Shown here: positions 36,218 through 45,345 of the stretch, one piece after another
Position numbering within the stretch: position 1 is the first letter of the stretch
Layout of the letters: each line of letters opens with the position of its first letter
IMG/VR virus record: IMGVR_UViG_3300045988_179945
Span: 1 to 64,000 of that record
Length of the DNA: 64,000 nucleotides
Source: a virus
Strand: one strand, 5' to 3'
The notes under the pieces: model-generated
What the model was told of the DNA's origin: nothing
Seen by the model: only the letters and a program-made list of their open reading frames with translations
Database searches by the model: none
Position numbers and translations under genes: made by a program

Positions 36218-37477
36218 GTGTTCGGAAACAAGAAAGACAAGAACGGCAATCAGCCGATGGGCCAGCCGAAGGCGTGGCAGAATCCGAACAATGAGACCGA
36301 CCTGTTCGCCGACGAGAAGGAACGCAAGAACGAGATAGAACTTACCGCTTGGAAGAAGGCGTTGAAGAACACTCGGAAGTGGAAGGTTCTCATCGTCCTG
36401 TTCGTCTGCACCGGTCTGGTCGCGCCGATGATTTCCGTCCGTGCAATCAACACGTTGACCGACATGGGTTCCTACCTGACGGAGAAGTACAAGGAAATCA
36501 GCGGCGACAAGCCCGGCAAGCAGGTCGCGTTGCAATCCGTATACGGTTGGTTGGATGACGACAACGGCGCGTTCCAATACGGGTATGCGAACCTGTGGTG
36601 GAACGGTGCCACTGAAGTGGGCACTTCCACTTCGGACGGTTCCGATGGGGAAACCACCCAATATTGGAGCCACCAGATGTCCCTCACTGACAAGTCGGAC
36701 GGAAGCACGAGGGACATCACCCAGCTTGTCGCCGTCACGGACGGAGTGGCTACTGCGGTGGGAACGCCGACCGTGCTGCCCAAGACCGTCACTTCGACCA
36801 GCGGCACCGACACGTATCGTCCCGACGGGTACGTTCAGCTTGACCAGAACACGAGCCTGACGACCGTGGTCGGCGCGTGGGCAAAAGCGTACGTCGGCAA
36901 GGACCCCAACGCGTTGACCGTACTTGTCGGAGACCCGAACAGCGAGCACGTGTACCAGCCAGCAAGCTTGGGTTCGTATCTGAACTCGTCCATCGAATGG
37001 CTGGTGCAATGCACCAAGGACGGCAAGGTCGTTGACAAGAAGAACAAGTCCGACAATCCCGAATGGGCGGCGGCGAGCGTCAGCATCTCGTTCAAACCCT
37101 ATGAGAAGAAGGTTGACGCGAGTGCCGCGAACAATCCAAGCGCGGACATCAAGTCGGTGAGCAACGTGGATACGAGCGTCACGGTTCTTATCCACAATCC
37201 GACCCGTGGCAGCGCGAAAATCGTTGACTGGGGTGCGGAGGGCAGTCTGACCACGTTGAAGGCGTTCAACAATGCCATCGACCGTTCTCTGATTGGCTCG
37301 TCCGGCAGTGACGACGAGGAGGATGCGGCGTCCGATTCCGGTTCGTCGGATTCCGCCAACGGTGTCGGCGGCTCCGGTTCGTCCGACGGCCAGCCATCCG
37401 ATAACGGCGACAGCCCGTCCCAGAATTCAGACGATGGTTCCGTAACCGGAGACCCCAATGAGGGTCCGAACGACTAA
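36218..37477 (+). CDS. membrane-anchored exported protein (419 aa), Ser/Asp/Gly-rich C-terminus
   Basis: GTG start with GGAG RBS; single N-terminal TM. Confidence 0.5.
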   Translation: MFGNKKDKNGNQPMGQPKAWQNPNNETDLFADEKERKNEIELTAWKKALKNTRKWKVLIVLFVCTGLVAPMISVRAINTLTDMGSYLTEKYKEISGDKPGKQVALQSVYGWLDDDNGAFQYGYANLWWNGATEVGTSTSDGSDGETTQYWSHQMSLTDKSDGSTRDITQLVAVTDGVATAVGTPTVLPKTVTSTSGTDTYRPDGYVQLDQNTSLTTVVGAWAKAYVGKDPNALTVLVGDPNSEHVYQPASLGSYLNSSIEWLVQCTKDGKVVDKKNKSDNPEWAAASVSISFKPYEKKVDASAANNPSADIKSVSNVDTSVTVLIHNPTRGSAKIVDWGAEGSLTTLKAFNNAIDRSLIGSSGSDDEEDAASDSGSSDSANGVGGSGSSDGQPSDNGDSPSQNSDDGSVTGDPNEGPND

Positions 37478-37496
37478 TCCGAAAGGAAGAAGAAAA

Positions 37497-37631
37497 ATGG
37501 CAGGACGCAACAAGCCCAGTGAGGGCGACAAGTTCGCTGAGTTCATCAACAGCAACGGCCCGTTGACCGGTGCGATTATCGCCATCGCGTTCATCGTGTG
37601 TCTCGTCATCAGCATCATCTTGAACCTGTGA
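37497..37631 (+). CDS. tiny membrane protein (44 aa)
   Basis: GAAAGGAAG RBS; one TM; too short for the six-frame track. Confidence 0.35.
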   Translation: MAGRNKPSEGDKFAEFINSNGPLTGAIIAIAFIVCLVISIILNL

Positions 37632-37652
37632 TGAGTTTTTTGGAGGTCTCTT

Positions 37653-38678
37653 ATGGCTAGGAAGAAGGGCGGGATGTCCGCCGGTTCGTTGATTGGCGGC
37701 ATTCTGGTCGTGTTGACGGCCATGGTGCTCATCGTGAACTTGGGATTGTGGAAGCCCATGTCGCAGATTTTCGGACTGCCGGAAATCAATGACTTGTCCC
37801 AGTTGATGCCGGGGGAGGATTCCAAGGTCAAACCTGATGTGAAACTGGGGTTGAAGGAGCCTTCCTCGAAACCGTCCGACCCCAATACGCGGACAAACAC
37901 TCCAGAAGCCACGGAAACGCCCTCAGAATCGACGCAGACGCCAAACGGGGACAATTCCTCAAGTCAGGAACAAACGGCCTCTACAGGCGTTCCTGAAGGC
38001 GCTTTAAGCCCCATCACCACGCAACAGGCGCTCGACAGGCTCCCCAACATCGAAACCGCCGTCCCCCACACCAAAGGCTACGACCGCAAAAAAGACTTCG
38101 GCACATGGCAGAACAGCAGCCAACTATGCGGCTACGGCACCACGAGAGACTACATCCTCAAACGCGACATGTCCGACGTGACCATGGACAAGAACTGCAA
38201 GGTACTCACCGGAACCCTGCAAGACCCGTACACCGGCAAGACCATCAGATTCCAGCGCGACACCTACGAGACCGTCAACGGCAAGCAGAGGAAGACCGGC
38301 GGAGACAGCATGGCCGTCCAAATCGACCACGTGGTCGCCGTCAACGACGCTTGGGCCAGCGGCCTATGGAAGGACTCACGCAAAGGCGACCGCATCGCCT
38401 ACGCGAACGACCCGGAAGTGCTCGTCGCGTCCGAAGGCGAGGCAAACAACGTCAAACAGCAGGGCGTGAACCTCGTGAGGGACGAGGCGTTGAACGGCTC
38501 CAAAACCAAATGGCAGGACGGCACTCCAAGCGTGTGGCTTCCATCTAACAAGACGTACCAATGCTCGTACATGGCGAAACGCGTGTACATCAAAGACAAG
38601 TACAAGCTGTCTATGAGCGGTTGGGAGAAGGCGGAGACCAAATCGTTCCTCGCGCAGTGCGTCGCGGACGGGAACTGA
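37653..38678 (+). CDS. membrane-anchored DUF1524/HNH-family nuclease (341 aa)
   Basis: N-terminal TM; C-terminal QIDHVVAVNDAWASG...WLPSNKTYQCSYMAK resembles DUF1524 (GmrSD C-terminal type) endonucleases. Confidence 0.55.
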   Translation: MARKKGGMSAGSLIGGILVVLTAMVLIVNLGLWKPMSQIFGLPEINDLSQLMPGEDSKVKPDVKLGLKEPSSKPSDPNTRTNTPEATETPSESTQTPNGDNSSSQEQTASTGVPEGALSPITTQQALDRLPNIETAVPHTKGYDRKKDFGTWQNSSQLCGYGTTRDYILKRDMSDVTMDKNCKVLTGTLQDPYTGKTIRFQRDTYETVNGKQRKTGGDSMAVQIDHVVAVNDAWASGLWKDSRKGDRIAYANDPEVLVASEGEANNVKQQGVNLVRDEALNGSKTKWQDGTPSVWLPSNKTYQCSYMAKRVYIKDKYKLSMSGWEKAETKSFLAQCVADGN

Positions 38679-38849
38679 ATTGCCAAGAAAAAACTGCAAA
38701 GAAAATTTTTCCTGTTTTTCCGGTTTCTCGCCAGACGAATGTTCGAGGTCGTTTAATGTGTTGATTGAGACCGGGTTTTTTGGCCGTTTCCCGCCATCTT
38801 GGTTTCTTCCCCGGTCTCGGCTGGGACTCCTTAGCGGGAGTGTTTTTGC

Positions 38850-38900
38850 GGTTCCGTCGCCCGTGTGTGGATTTTGGGGCGACGGAACCTTTTCTGTCTC
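38850..38900 (+). terminator. intrinsic terminator (13-bp stem GGTTCCGTCGCCC/GGGCGACGGAACC plus T-tract)
   Basis: perfect stem plus U-rich tail. Confidence 0.7.
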
Positions 38901-38932
38901 TGTTGCCGGTTTTCTAAAACAGAAGATGATGT

Positions 38933-38956
38933 TATACTGGAATTGTTCACGCAAAA
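38933..38956 (+). promoter_or_regulatory. conserved promoter/operator motif copy
   Basis: TATACTGGAATTGTTCACGCAAAA. Confidence 0.75.
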
Positions 38957-38985
38957 AAGGATAAGCCAAAACCAAGGAGACGAAA

Positions 38986-39357
38986 ATGAGCGACTACTTC
39001 AACAGCATCGACTACCAAATCAACCTCATGCTCGACCGCGAACAAGACCTCCAAGACGAATACGACCGGCGACTGCGGGACGTGCGCGAAGGCGTCGGAG
39101 ACTACGTGCTCCTCCCCGAAGGCGACCCATGGAAACTCGACGATTACGAGCAAGACCCCCAGCCGACCAACATCCTCGACACTTGCAGCCATGGATTCTA
39201 CATCGCCGAAGGCGCGAAGACGGGAACCATGTACCACCTCAGCCCCGACCTCGGACTGTGGGAGGCGTGCGACGACTACGAGGACATCGAGCAGATGGTC
39301 TCGGACGGCAGACCGCTCACCCAACCAATGGACAACTTCGAATCCACGCTCGGCTGA
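38986..39357 (+). CDS. small acidic hypothetical protein (123 aa)
   Basis: AAGGAG RBS; D/E-rich. Confidence 0.6.
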   Translation: MSDYFNSIDYQINLMLDREQDLQDEYDRRLRDVREGVGDYVLLPEGDPWKLDDYEQDPQPTNILDTCSHGFYIAEGAKTGTMYHLSPDLGLWEACDDYEDIEQMVSDGRPLTQPMDNFESTLG

Positions 39358-39401
39358 GGAATATTTTTTCAGGAACCTTCCTCGTTCTCAAAATACTGCG
39401 T

Positions 39402-39425
39402 TATACTGGAATCAGCCGCAAACAA
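39402..39425 (+). promoter_or_regulatory. conserved promoter/operator motif copy
   Basis: TATACTGGAATCAGCCGCAAACAA. Confidence 0.65.
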
Positions 39426-39438
39426 GGAAGGTTTCTTC

Positions 39439-39780
39439 TTGACCATCGAAACAGGCAATACGGGCAGTCAACCCCAACAACGCTCCCGCCCACGCCGAGA
39501 CCTCGACACCATAGGAGGATTCCTCGACTCCTGCAAGGACGAGACGCCAATCCTTCTCTACTTCGACACCGCCGAAGGCATCCAACGCGTCCCCACGCTT
39601 CTGGGAGACCCACCCACCGTGGGACAGCTCCGACTCAACAACTATCTACGTCCGCTTCTCATACACGAGCGCGAACGCTACCAGATAGCCGGAACCAGCG
39701 ACACCGGTTGGGTTATCAGAGTCAGCAGCCGATTCGAGCCGGAAGAATATCTCAGAGAGTCGAAAGTCCTAGCCTCTTGA
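39439..39780 (+). CDS. hypothetical protein (113 aa)
   Basis: TTG start with AAGGAAGG RBS. Confidence 0.5.
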   Translation: MTIETGNTGSQPQQRSRPRRDLDTIGGFLDSCKDETPILLYFDTAEGIQRVPTLLGDPPTVGQLRLNNYLRPLLIHERERYQIAGTSDTGWVIRVSSRFEPEEYLRESKVLAS

Positions 39781-39794
39781 ACGACCAGAACAAT

Positions 39795-40526
39795 ATGGCA
39801 GAAGGAAGCGTTCTGGCTTCCAACGGAAACCGTCAGGACGTGCTTAAGGCCATCTTCCGCAGGGGAGTGTTGCCGCAGTGCGTCGTATACGTTTTAGTTG
39901 TGTTCGTCGCGGGGTGGCTCCTCGCGTATTCGAACACGCTCGCCGGAGTGTGGAGAATCGTGTTCCTCCTCCTGTCCTGCCTGAACGCCGTTACGGGAGT
40001 GCGTGGATTCGTCAAAGCGTGCAACAGTTGGACAACCCTCCGCGACTGCGCGTATCCGAACATCGACGCGAACGCGGCTGAAACATGGGATTTGGCCGTG
40101 TGGCTTGCCAACAGTCCGCAGTTCGGAGGAACCCCCATTCGTGCCATGCGGCAGCAGGAATTGCGGGACGCGTTGGCTGAATACGGTCCATTGTTCCAAT
40201 CGCACGCGCCGGAGGACGTCACCGTGCAGTTGAACCGACTCGAACGGCTCATGCACGACGTTGACTGGACGGGACAATACGTGCATGCGTTCCTGCTTTT
40301 CCGTCAAATGAAAGACTCCCATTTGAAATACTGGCGGCAGTTGGACGAAGCCTACTGGCAGACCTTGCGAAAACTGGGCGACGGCATGCGTTTGGAGGAC
40401 ATACGTGAGGACGTGCAGCTCTCCCCGCATCGCATGGTCATTTTGGATGGATTGCAGATTAACTGCGGGTCGCACGGCACCGCCGGAAAATACACGGTTG
40501 GTTATGAGGATGGCGGAGTCCTGTGA
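39795..40526 (+). CDS. membrane protein (243 aa)
   Basis: two TM helices; the long ORF-track frame (38865-40526) is Arg-rich read-through upstream of the real start. Confidence 0.45.
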   Translation: MAEGSVLASNGNRQDVLKAIFRRGVLPQCVVYVLVVFVAGWLLAYSNTLAGVWRIVFLLLSCLNAVTGVRGFVKACNSWTTLRDCAYPNIDANAAETWDLAVWLANSPQFGGTPIRAMRQQELRDALAEYGPLFQSHAPEDVTVQLNRLERLMHDVDWTGQYVHAFLLFRQMKDSHLKYWRQLDEAYWQTLRKLGDGMRLEDIREDVQLSPHRMVILDGLQINCGSHGTAGKYTVGYEDGGVL

Positions 40527-40840
40527 ACTATCAGATGCTACGAGACGTTCGCACCGGACGAATCCACATGTTCTCCAGCAATTGTTGGATGCTTCGGGAT
40601 TGGGTGGCGAAAAACATCGGACTGGAAGAGAACGGCGTAGCTCTCATACGCAGACTCGACCTGTTGGAAATGGAAAAATACTCCACCAAAATGATGGACA
40701 ATCCTGAATCGTCCAGCGAGGAATACTGGCAAGCCAAAACCATGCATGACGGCGTGGTCAGAACATTCAAGGAAATGTCGCCGGTGTCGCGACTCGAATA
40801 CTGGGACTGTCTGAACGACACTCCCGTCAACATCCTCTGA
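40523..40840 (+). CDS. hypothetical protein (105 aa)
   Basis: ORF, overlapping stop/start. Confidence 0.4.
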   Translation: MNYQMLRDVRTGRIHMFSSNCWMLRDWVAKNIGLEENGVALIRRLDLLEMEKYSTKMMDNPESSSEEYWQAKTMHDGVVRTFKEMSPVSRLEYWDCLNDTPVNIL

Positions 40841-40877
40841 GCTTAGAAAAAACATTAAACCTCTGAAAGGAGCAGCA

Positions 40878-41318
40878 TTGGACGAACAATCCTCTACCCA
40901 ACGTTTCCGCGTCCTCTTGGCCGGTATCAGCGAAGGCGAGACCAGAATCCTGTACAGCGTCGAAAGAGGACGGTTGACCGCCGACGTCCTCAAAAGCAAC
41001 ATCGGCAGACGACTGCTGGATGCCGGACTCATCCGATGTAACGGGCAATCGGCCCCATCCCTCACCAAGGATGGCATGCGCCTCGTATCCACGCTCGCCC
41101 AAGGCGAGGCAGACCGTCCAATCCGACTATACGAGCGCAACAGCGAAACACTGCTCCGCCAAGCCGGACAGGGAACGGCCAACGCATACAAGGCCGGTTT
41201 CGAAAACGCCGCCGTCGAACTGCTGAACGACAAGCTGGTTCGCCTCGACATCGCAACGGGCGCTCTGACGCTGCTCCCTGCGGGACGGGAACTAGTGACA
41301 TTCTCCCCCGCCTTATGA
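40878..41318 (+). CDS. hypothetical protein (146 aa)
   Basis: TTG start with AAGGAG RBS at 6-nt spacing. Confidence 0.5.
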   Translation: MDEQSSTQRFRVLLAGISEGETRILYSVERGRLTADVLKSNIGRRLLDAGLIRCNGQSAPSLTKDGMRLVSTLAQGEADRPIRLYERNSETLLRQAGQGTANAYKAGFENAAVELLNDKLVRLDIATGALTLLPAGRELVTFSPAL

Positions 41319-41411
41319 GAGGCGGGGGCTTCCTGCTCAAGAACCCCAATGGGTTCAGTATCGACAGGCTATCCCCACATGCCCTGTGGTTCGCACGATT
41401 TATGAGTCGTG

Positions 41412-42626
41412 CTACTCGATGATTCTCATTGCCTCATCCCGAATATTCCGGGCGGCGTTCACGTCACGGTCATGCAACACTCCACATGATGGGCACGCCC
41501 ATTCGCGGACGCTTAAATCCTTGACCAGAGGATTCTTGTAACCGCAGTCGTGGCATAGTTGACTGGACGGATACCATTTGCCCACATGAACCAACCGTTT
41601 GCCTTGACGGGCGAGCTTGTATTCCAACATGGTGCAGAACATGCCGTACCCGTTGTCCGACGTGCTTTTAGCCAAACCTTTTCTGGCTTTGCGACCATTG
41701 GGAAGATAATGTCCCTGACGTTCGGGGTCTGGTTTCGGCTCGGGTTTCTTCATCATGCTTTTCATGCTCAGAGCCTCCACGCCGACCATATCGTATGATG
41801 CGACAATCCTGTCGGCTTTCTTATGCTGGTAGTCGCGTCTTTGATTGGCGGTCTTCTCATACAGTCGGGCGACCCGCTTGCACTGTTTACGCCAGTTGGC
41901 GGAACCTTTGACCATATGGGAAAGCTTGCGTTGCTCTCTGGCGAGCTTGTCCTGCATTTTTCGATAGTATCCCGGATATTCGGCGTGCTCCCCGTCACTG
42001 GAAACATACAGGCCGTGAGACGCGTAGTCCAATCCGACAGTCTTCACCGGCCTCACTTTTTCGGGTATTTGGGTCTCGTACTCGAAAAGGATTGTCGCGG
42101 TGTATCTTCCGGAAGGGCAATGCTCCACGGTGACGGATTTCAGTTTCCAATCGTCGGGGATACGCTTGTGTTGGCGGACCGCCAACCATCCGAGCTTGGG
42201 TAGTTTCAACCTCCTTGCCTTGTCATCCAATTCGATGTTGCCGTGGGACAGATTCGTCGTGTATGTCTTCCTGCCCCGACGTTTCGACTTGTACTTCGGA
42301 AAACCTGTTTTCCTGTCCTCGAAGAACCTCTTGTACGCCTTCTCCAATGCGAGTTGCGCGTTGCAAAGAGCGAAGCTATCCACTTCGCGTAGGAACGGGT
42401 ACGTGTCCTTGTACAGGGCGGGCGTGGGACGGCATGATTCCCATGTGGCCTGATAGTGGGCGATGCGGGTTTCGAGCATGAGGTTGTATACGAAGCGTGC
42501 GCAGCCGATGGTGCGGTCTATCAGCCGCGCCTGTTCTTCGGTGGGATATGCGCGGAACCTCACGGCGATATGTGTCTTCATGCTTGGGTTCGGCTCTTCT
42601 CGCCTTGGTTCTCGATGTATTTGCAT
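41412..42626 (-). CDS. tnpB: TnpB (IS605 OrfB family)
   Basis: OrfB domain plus C-terminal zinc finger CHDCG...CPSCG. Confidence 0.85.
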   Translation of the reverse strand: MQIHREPRREEPNPSMKTHIAVRFRAYPTEEQARLIDRTIGCARFVYNLMLETRIAHYQATWESCRPTPALYKDTYPFLREVDSFALCNAQLALEKAYKRFFEDRKTGFPKYKSKRRGRKTYTTNLSHGNIELDDKARRLKLPKLGWLAVRQHKRIPDDWKLKSVTVEHCPSGRYTATILFEYETQIPEKVRPVKTVGLDYASHGLYVSSDGEHAEYPGYYRKMQDKLAREQRKLSHMVKGSANWRKQCKRVARLYEKTANQRRDYQHKKADRIVASYDMVGVEALSMKSMMKKPEPKPDPERQGHYLPNGRKARKGLAKSTSDNGYGMFCTMLEYKLARQGKRLVHVGKWYPSSQLCHDCGYKNPLVKDLSVREWACPSCGVLHDRDVNAARNIRDEAMRIIE

Positions 42627-42991
42627 ATCACCTCGACGGGTGCGCCACCCGTGGTGAGCAGGCAGAAGCTACGGCTCCAGAAACACTCCTTCCAAAGCTT
42701 GCGTCTGATTCCGGGGAACTCCTGTTTCAGCAGTCGGCTGCTGGCGCTCTTGTAAGCGTTGATGAACTTCGACAGTTCGCTTTTCGGCTGGGCGCGGAAC
42801 AGGACATGCACGTGGTCCACGTCATGGTTCCATTCCTCCAACGTGATGCCGTACTTGGGTGCGATGTACTCGAAAATCTCCCGTGCGCGATTGGAAATCG
42901 TGTCATCGAACACTTTGCGACGGTATTTCACGACGAGCACGAGATGATAATGCATGAGGAACACCGAATGATGATTTGATTCAAGTTTCAC
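42578..42991 (-). CDS. tnpA: IS200-family HUH (Y1) transposase TnpA
   Basis: HYHLVLV HUH motif and conserved Tyr region; probable GTG start with AGGTGA RBS. Confidence 0.8.
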   Translation of the reverse strand: MKLESNHHSVFLMHYHLVLVVKYRRKVFDDTISNRAREIFEYIAPKYGITLEEWNHDVDHVHVLFRAQPKSELSKFINAYKSASSRLLKQEFPGIRRKLWKECFWSRSFCLLTTGGAPVEVICKYIENQGEKSRTQA

Positions 42992-43157
42992 AGCAATCAC
43001 CTCGTTTCTGATGAGTACGACTGAATACCAGTATAGCATAGGATTATGTCAATTCACCACCCGCCTTAGAGGCGGGTGAACCCTTGACAAACCGGCGTTA
43101 GAATTGAGTCTGCGAGACCGTCTGAATCAGCTCGCGTTCGTATAGGAGATTGGAAAA

Positions 43158-43361
43158 ATGCTGTCGCTATTGTCGCAGCAGAATGTGCTTATCGCTTTGG
43201 CTGTGGGAGCTATCATATTGGCGTTCATGTTCCTCGTGTCCGCATTGGAAGACTTGTTGGATAGGGATACGAGACTAGGGGAGTTGTGCAGTCGCAGGAA
43301 CCTGAGATGGGCAGTGGTCATCCTGACCGTCGTCGTGGTTCTCGCGGTGGTGTCCGTCTGA
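43158..43361 (+). CDS. small membrane protein (67 aa)
   Basis: AGGAG RBS; two TM segments; followed by a terminator. Confidence 0.45.
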   Translation: MLSLLSQQNVLIALAVGAIILAFMFLVSALEDLLDRDTRLGELCSRRNLRWAVVILTVVVVLAVVSV

Positions 43362-43376
43362 CGGTTTCTTGGTTTG

Positions 43377-43402
43377 GGGCGGCTTTTTTGCCGCCCTTTT
43401 TG
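43377..43402 (+). terminator. intrinsic terminator GGGCGGC-TTTTTT-GCCGCCC plus T5
   Basis: 7-bp GC stem. Confidence 0.6.
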
Positions 43403-43432
43403 TTTGTGTTGGTGGTTTCCTAGGTTAGGAAC

Positions 43433-43456
43433 TATAATGGGATTGTTCACACAAAA
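43433..43456 (+). promoter_or_regulatory. conserved promoter/operator motif copy
   Basis: TATAATGGGATTGTTCACACAAAA. Confidence 0.7.
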
Positions 43457-43482
43457 CAAAAAATGAAAGTCACGGAGAAAAA

Positions 43483-44205
43483 ATGTCTGGCAAAAAAACC
43501 ACTCCCAAATCACCGGAATACAAGAAAACCATCGACACCACCGGCTTCGGACTCACCTGCGTCACGGAACATGGATTCGACAACGATGGACTGTTCCACC
43601 ACGAATACGCCTACACTCACGGAAACAGGAAGGCCGTCGTCCAAGTGACAGGAAGCCGGAAGCCCGCCGACTGGCACACCCGCCAAAGCGCCTACGCCTC
43701 CTACTATGAGGACGGACGTCAGGTAGGGAAGACCCGCGCCTACAACATCTACGAAAACGCGCAAATCAAAGCCGTCCGATGGGTCATGGGCTATGGTTCC
43801 GACAGCAAGGCCGATGAAGCATGCCGTGCGATGCGATTGGCGAAAAGCCGACGAAACCAGCGAATATGCCAGAGAATCCCCGAAGCGCTCCGTATAGAAG
43901 TGGACGGATTGGCCAACACTCTCGGGTTGAGGATTCACGGCAACGAGGACAACGAAACCGTCGAAACGTTCGTGGACGCCTATATCGCCGCCGCTGAAGA
44001 CAATGGTCTTATCGAGCTGAGGGCACGCCAGCACGAGTACGAGACCTCAATCACCGCATGGCTGGACATGGCCGCCGGACGAAAGACGGAGGACGCTCCC
44101 GACTGGGAGAAGTTCAAGGCGACCGCCACGGCAATCGTCCCGCTCTATCAGGAGTGCAGGCGCAAGGCTGCGGAAAGCGTCGGACTCGCCGAAAAACTGG
44201 ATTGA
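43483..44205 (+). CDS. hypothetical protein (240 aa)
   Basis: GGAGAAAAA RBS after motif. Confidence 0.55.
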   Translation: MSGKKTTPKSPEYKKTIDTTGFGLTCVTEHGFDNDGLFHHEYAYTHGNRKAVVQVTGSRKPADWHTRQSAYASYYEDGRQVGKTRAYNIYENAQIKAVRWVMGYGSDSKADEACRAMRLAKSRRNQRICQRIPEALRIEVDGLANTLGLRIHGNEDNETVETFVDAYIAAAEDNGLIELRARQHEYETSITAWLDMAAGRKTEDAPDWEKFKATATAIVPLYQECRRKAAESVGLAEKLD

Positions 44206-44624
44206 GGACAACCTTTCGTTTCGACCGCCAATGTGGGAGCATCTTCCAGAATCGACCTGTAGTCCTCCAACACTCCGACCGTCACGTTCAAATCGACGGC
44301 CACGAGGAACGCTTCGCCCTCGTACACTCGTTCGGACTGTATGTAGTCGAACGGATTGATGAGCAGTGTCGCGGTCTCCTTGCGCACATGCGTTTCGGCC
44401 TTGTCGTCGTATTGGCTCTGGCAACGGGCGTCCCCATGCGTCCAGTGGAGCAGTTCGTGGGCCAGCGTGCATCGTTTTTGCCGTTCGTTCAGCCGTGGGT
44501 CGATGATGATGATGTGCGTCAACTCGTCGTATACGCCGTTGATGTTTTCAGGCAGTTCCTCTTCGAATATGTGTGGTGCCGGTCGGGTGAGTTCCACGGC
44601 GTGTCGCATGCACTCGTAGCTCAT
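44148..44624 (-). CDS. ImmA/IrrE-family metallopeptidase-like protein
   Basis: HEXXH motif LAHELLHWTHGD; directly downstream of an XRE HTH gene. Confidence 0.5.
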   Translation of the reverse strand: MSYECMRHAVELTRPAPHIFEEELPENINGVYDELTHIIIIDPRLNERQKRCTLAHELLHWTHGDARCQSQYDDKAETHVRKETATLLINPFDYIQSERVYEGEAFLVAVDLNVTVGVLEDYRSILEDAPTLAVETKGCPQSSFSASPTLSAALRLHS

Positions 44625-44668
44625 ACGCCTGTCGAGGGTGACGTTTCTGCCGTCCAATGGGGGATGGT

Positions 44669-45040
44669 TCAGCAATCGTCCTCGCTTTCCGCTTCCGCCT
44701 GTTTGTTCGGGTCGTGGTTCGCGGCCAAGGTGAGGTCTCCCGCATTGATTCTGCGTAGTACGTCTTGTAGCTGTTGTTCCACGATAGAAGGTTTTGTCTG
44801 GTAGCCGTTTTGTCCGGCGATTAGCTCCTCTGGCTCCATGTCCCATGCGTGGGCGAGTGTTTCGATGTCGGCGGGGAGCCATTCGACGGTTTCGTTGTAT
44901 CGTGTGGTGACGTAGCTGGGGCTTTTGCCGAGTTGCCGTGCGATGTCCCGTGCGGAGAGTCGTCGGATTCCGGCTTCCGCTAGGATGCGTTGGTTGATTC
45001 GGCGGTTGAACTCACTGGTCTGGTTTTTTCTTTTTCCCAT
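44669..45040 (-). CDS. XRE-family HTH transcriptional regulator (ImmR-like)
   Basis: HTH SARDIARQLGKSPSYVTTRY; divergent AT-rich promoter region upstream. Confidence 0.7.
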   Translation of the reverse strand: MGKRKNQTSEFNRRINQRILAEAGIRRLSARDIARQLGKSPSYVTTRYNETVEWLPADIETLAHAWDMEPEELIAGQNGYQTKPSIVEQQLQDVLRRINAGDLTLAANHDPNKQAEAESEDDC

Positions 45041-45345
45041 ATTTTTATGATAGCTGGTTTTTAGCGCGAAACGCTTTGTTTTAGATTTGACTGTGTATTT
45101 TTATATGCTATTGTCTGTAAATACAAACACATGTTTAGTATGACGAACGAGAGAAGGATGCAAACCGGATGGCATGGAGAACAAGCCCCGGCCGACCGCG
45201 ATAGGCGAGCGCCGCGAAGCGATGCATGTCACCGCATGGGATTGGGACACGCTCCCGATTTTGTGAGCGTGTCCAGTATGACTAAAATAAAAACGTCCAC
45301 ACACAACAACGAAACCACTACACAGGCCAGACCAAAAGGAAAAAT

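Larger units (their letters stand above)
41340..43085 (-). mobile_element. IS200/IS605-family insertion sequence
   Basis: tnpA (Y1/HUH) plus tnpB; subterminal hairpins GAACCC-CAAT-GGGTTC (41340-41355) and CACCCGCC-TTAGAG-GCGGGTG (about 43058-43085). Confidence 0.7.

Noticed and set aside
43483-44034. Minus-strand ORF 43510-44034 (174 aa) competing with plus-strand ORF 43483-44205
   Set aside because: The plus-strand ORF has the motif promoter and a GGAGAAAAA RBS. The minus frame is Gly/Val-rich antisense.
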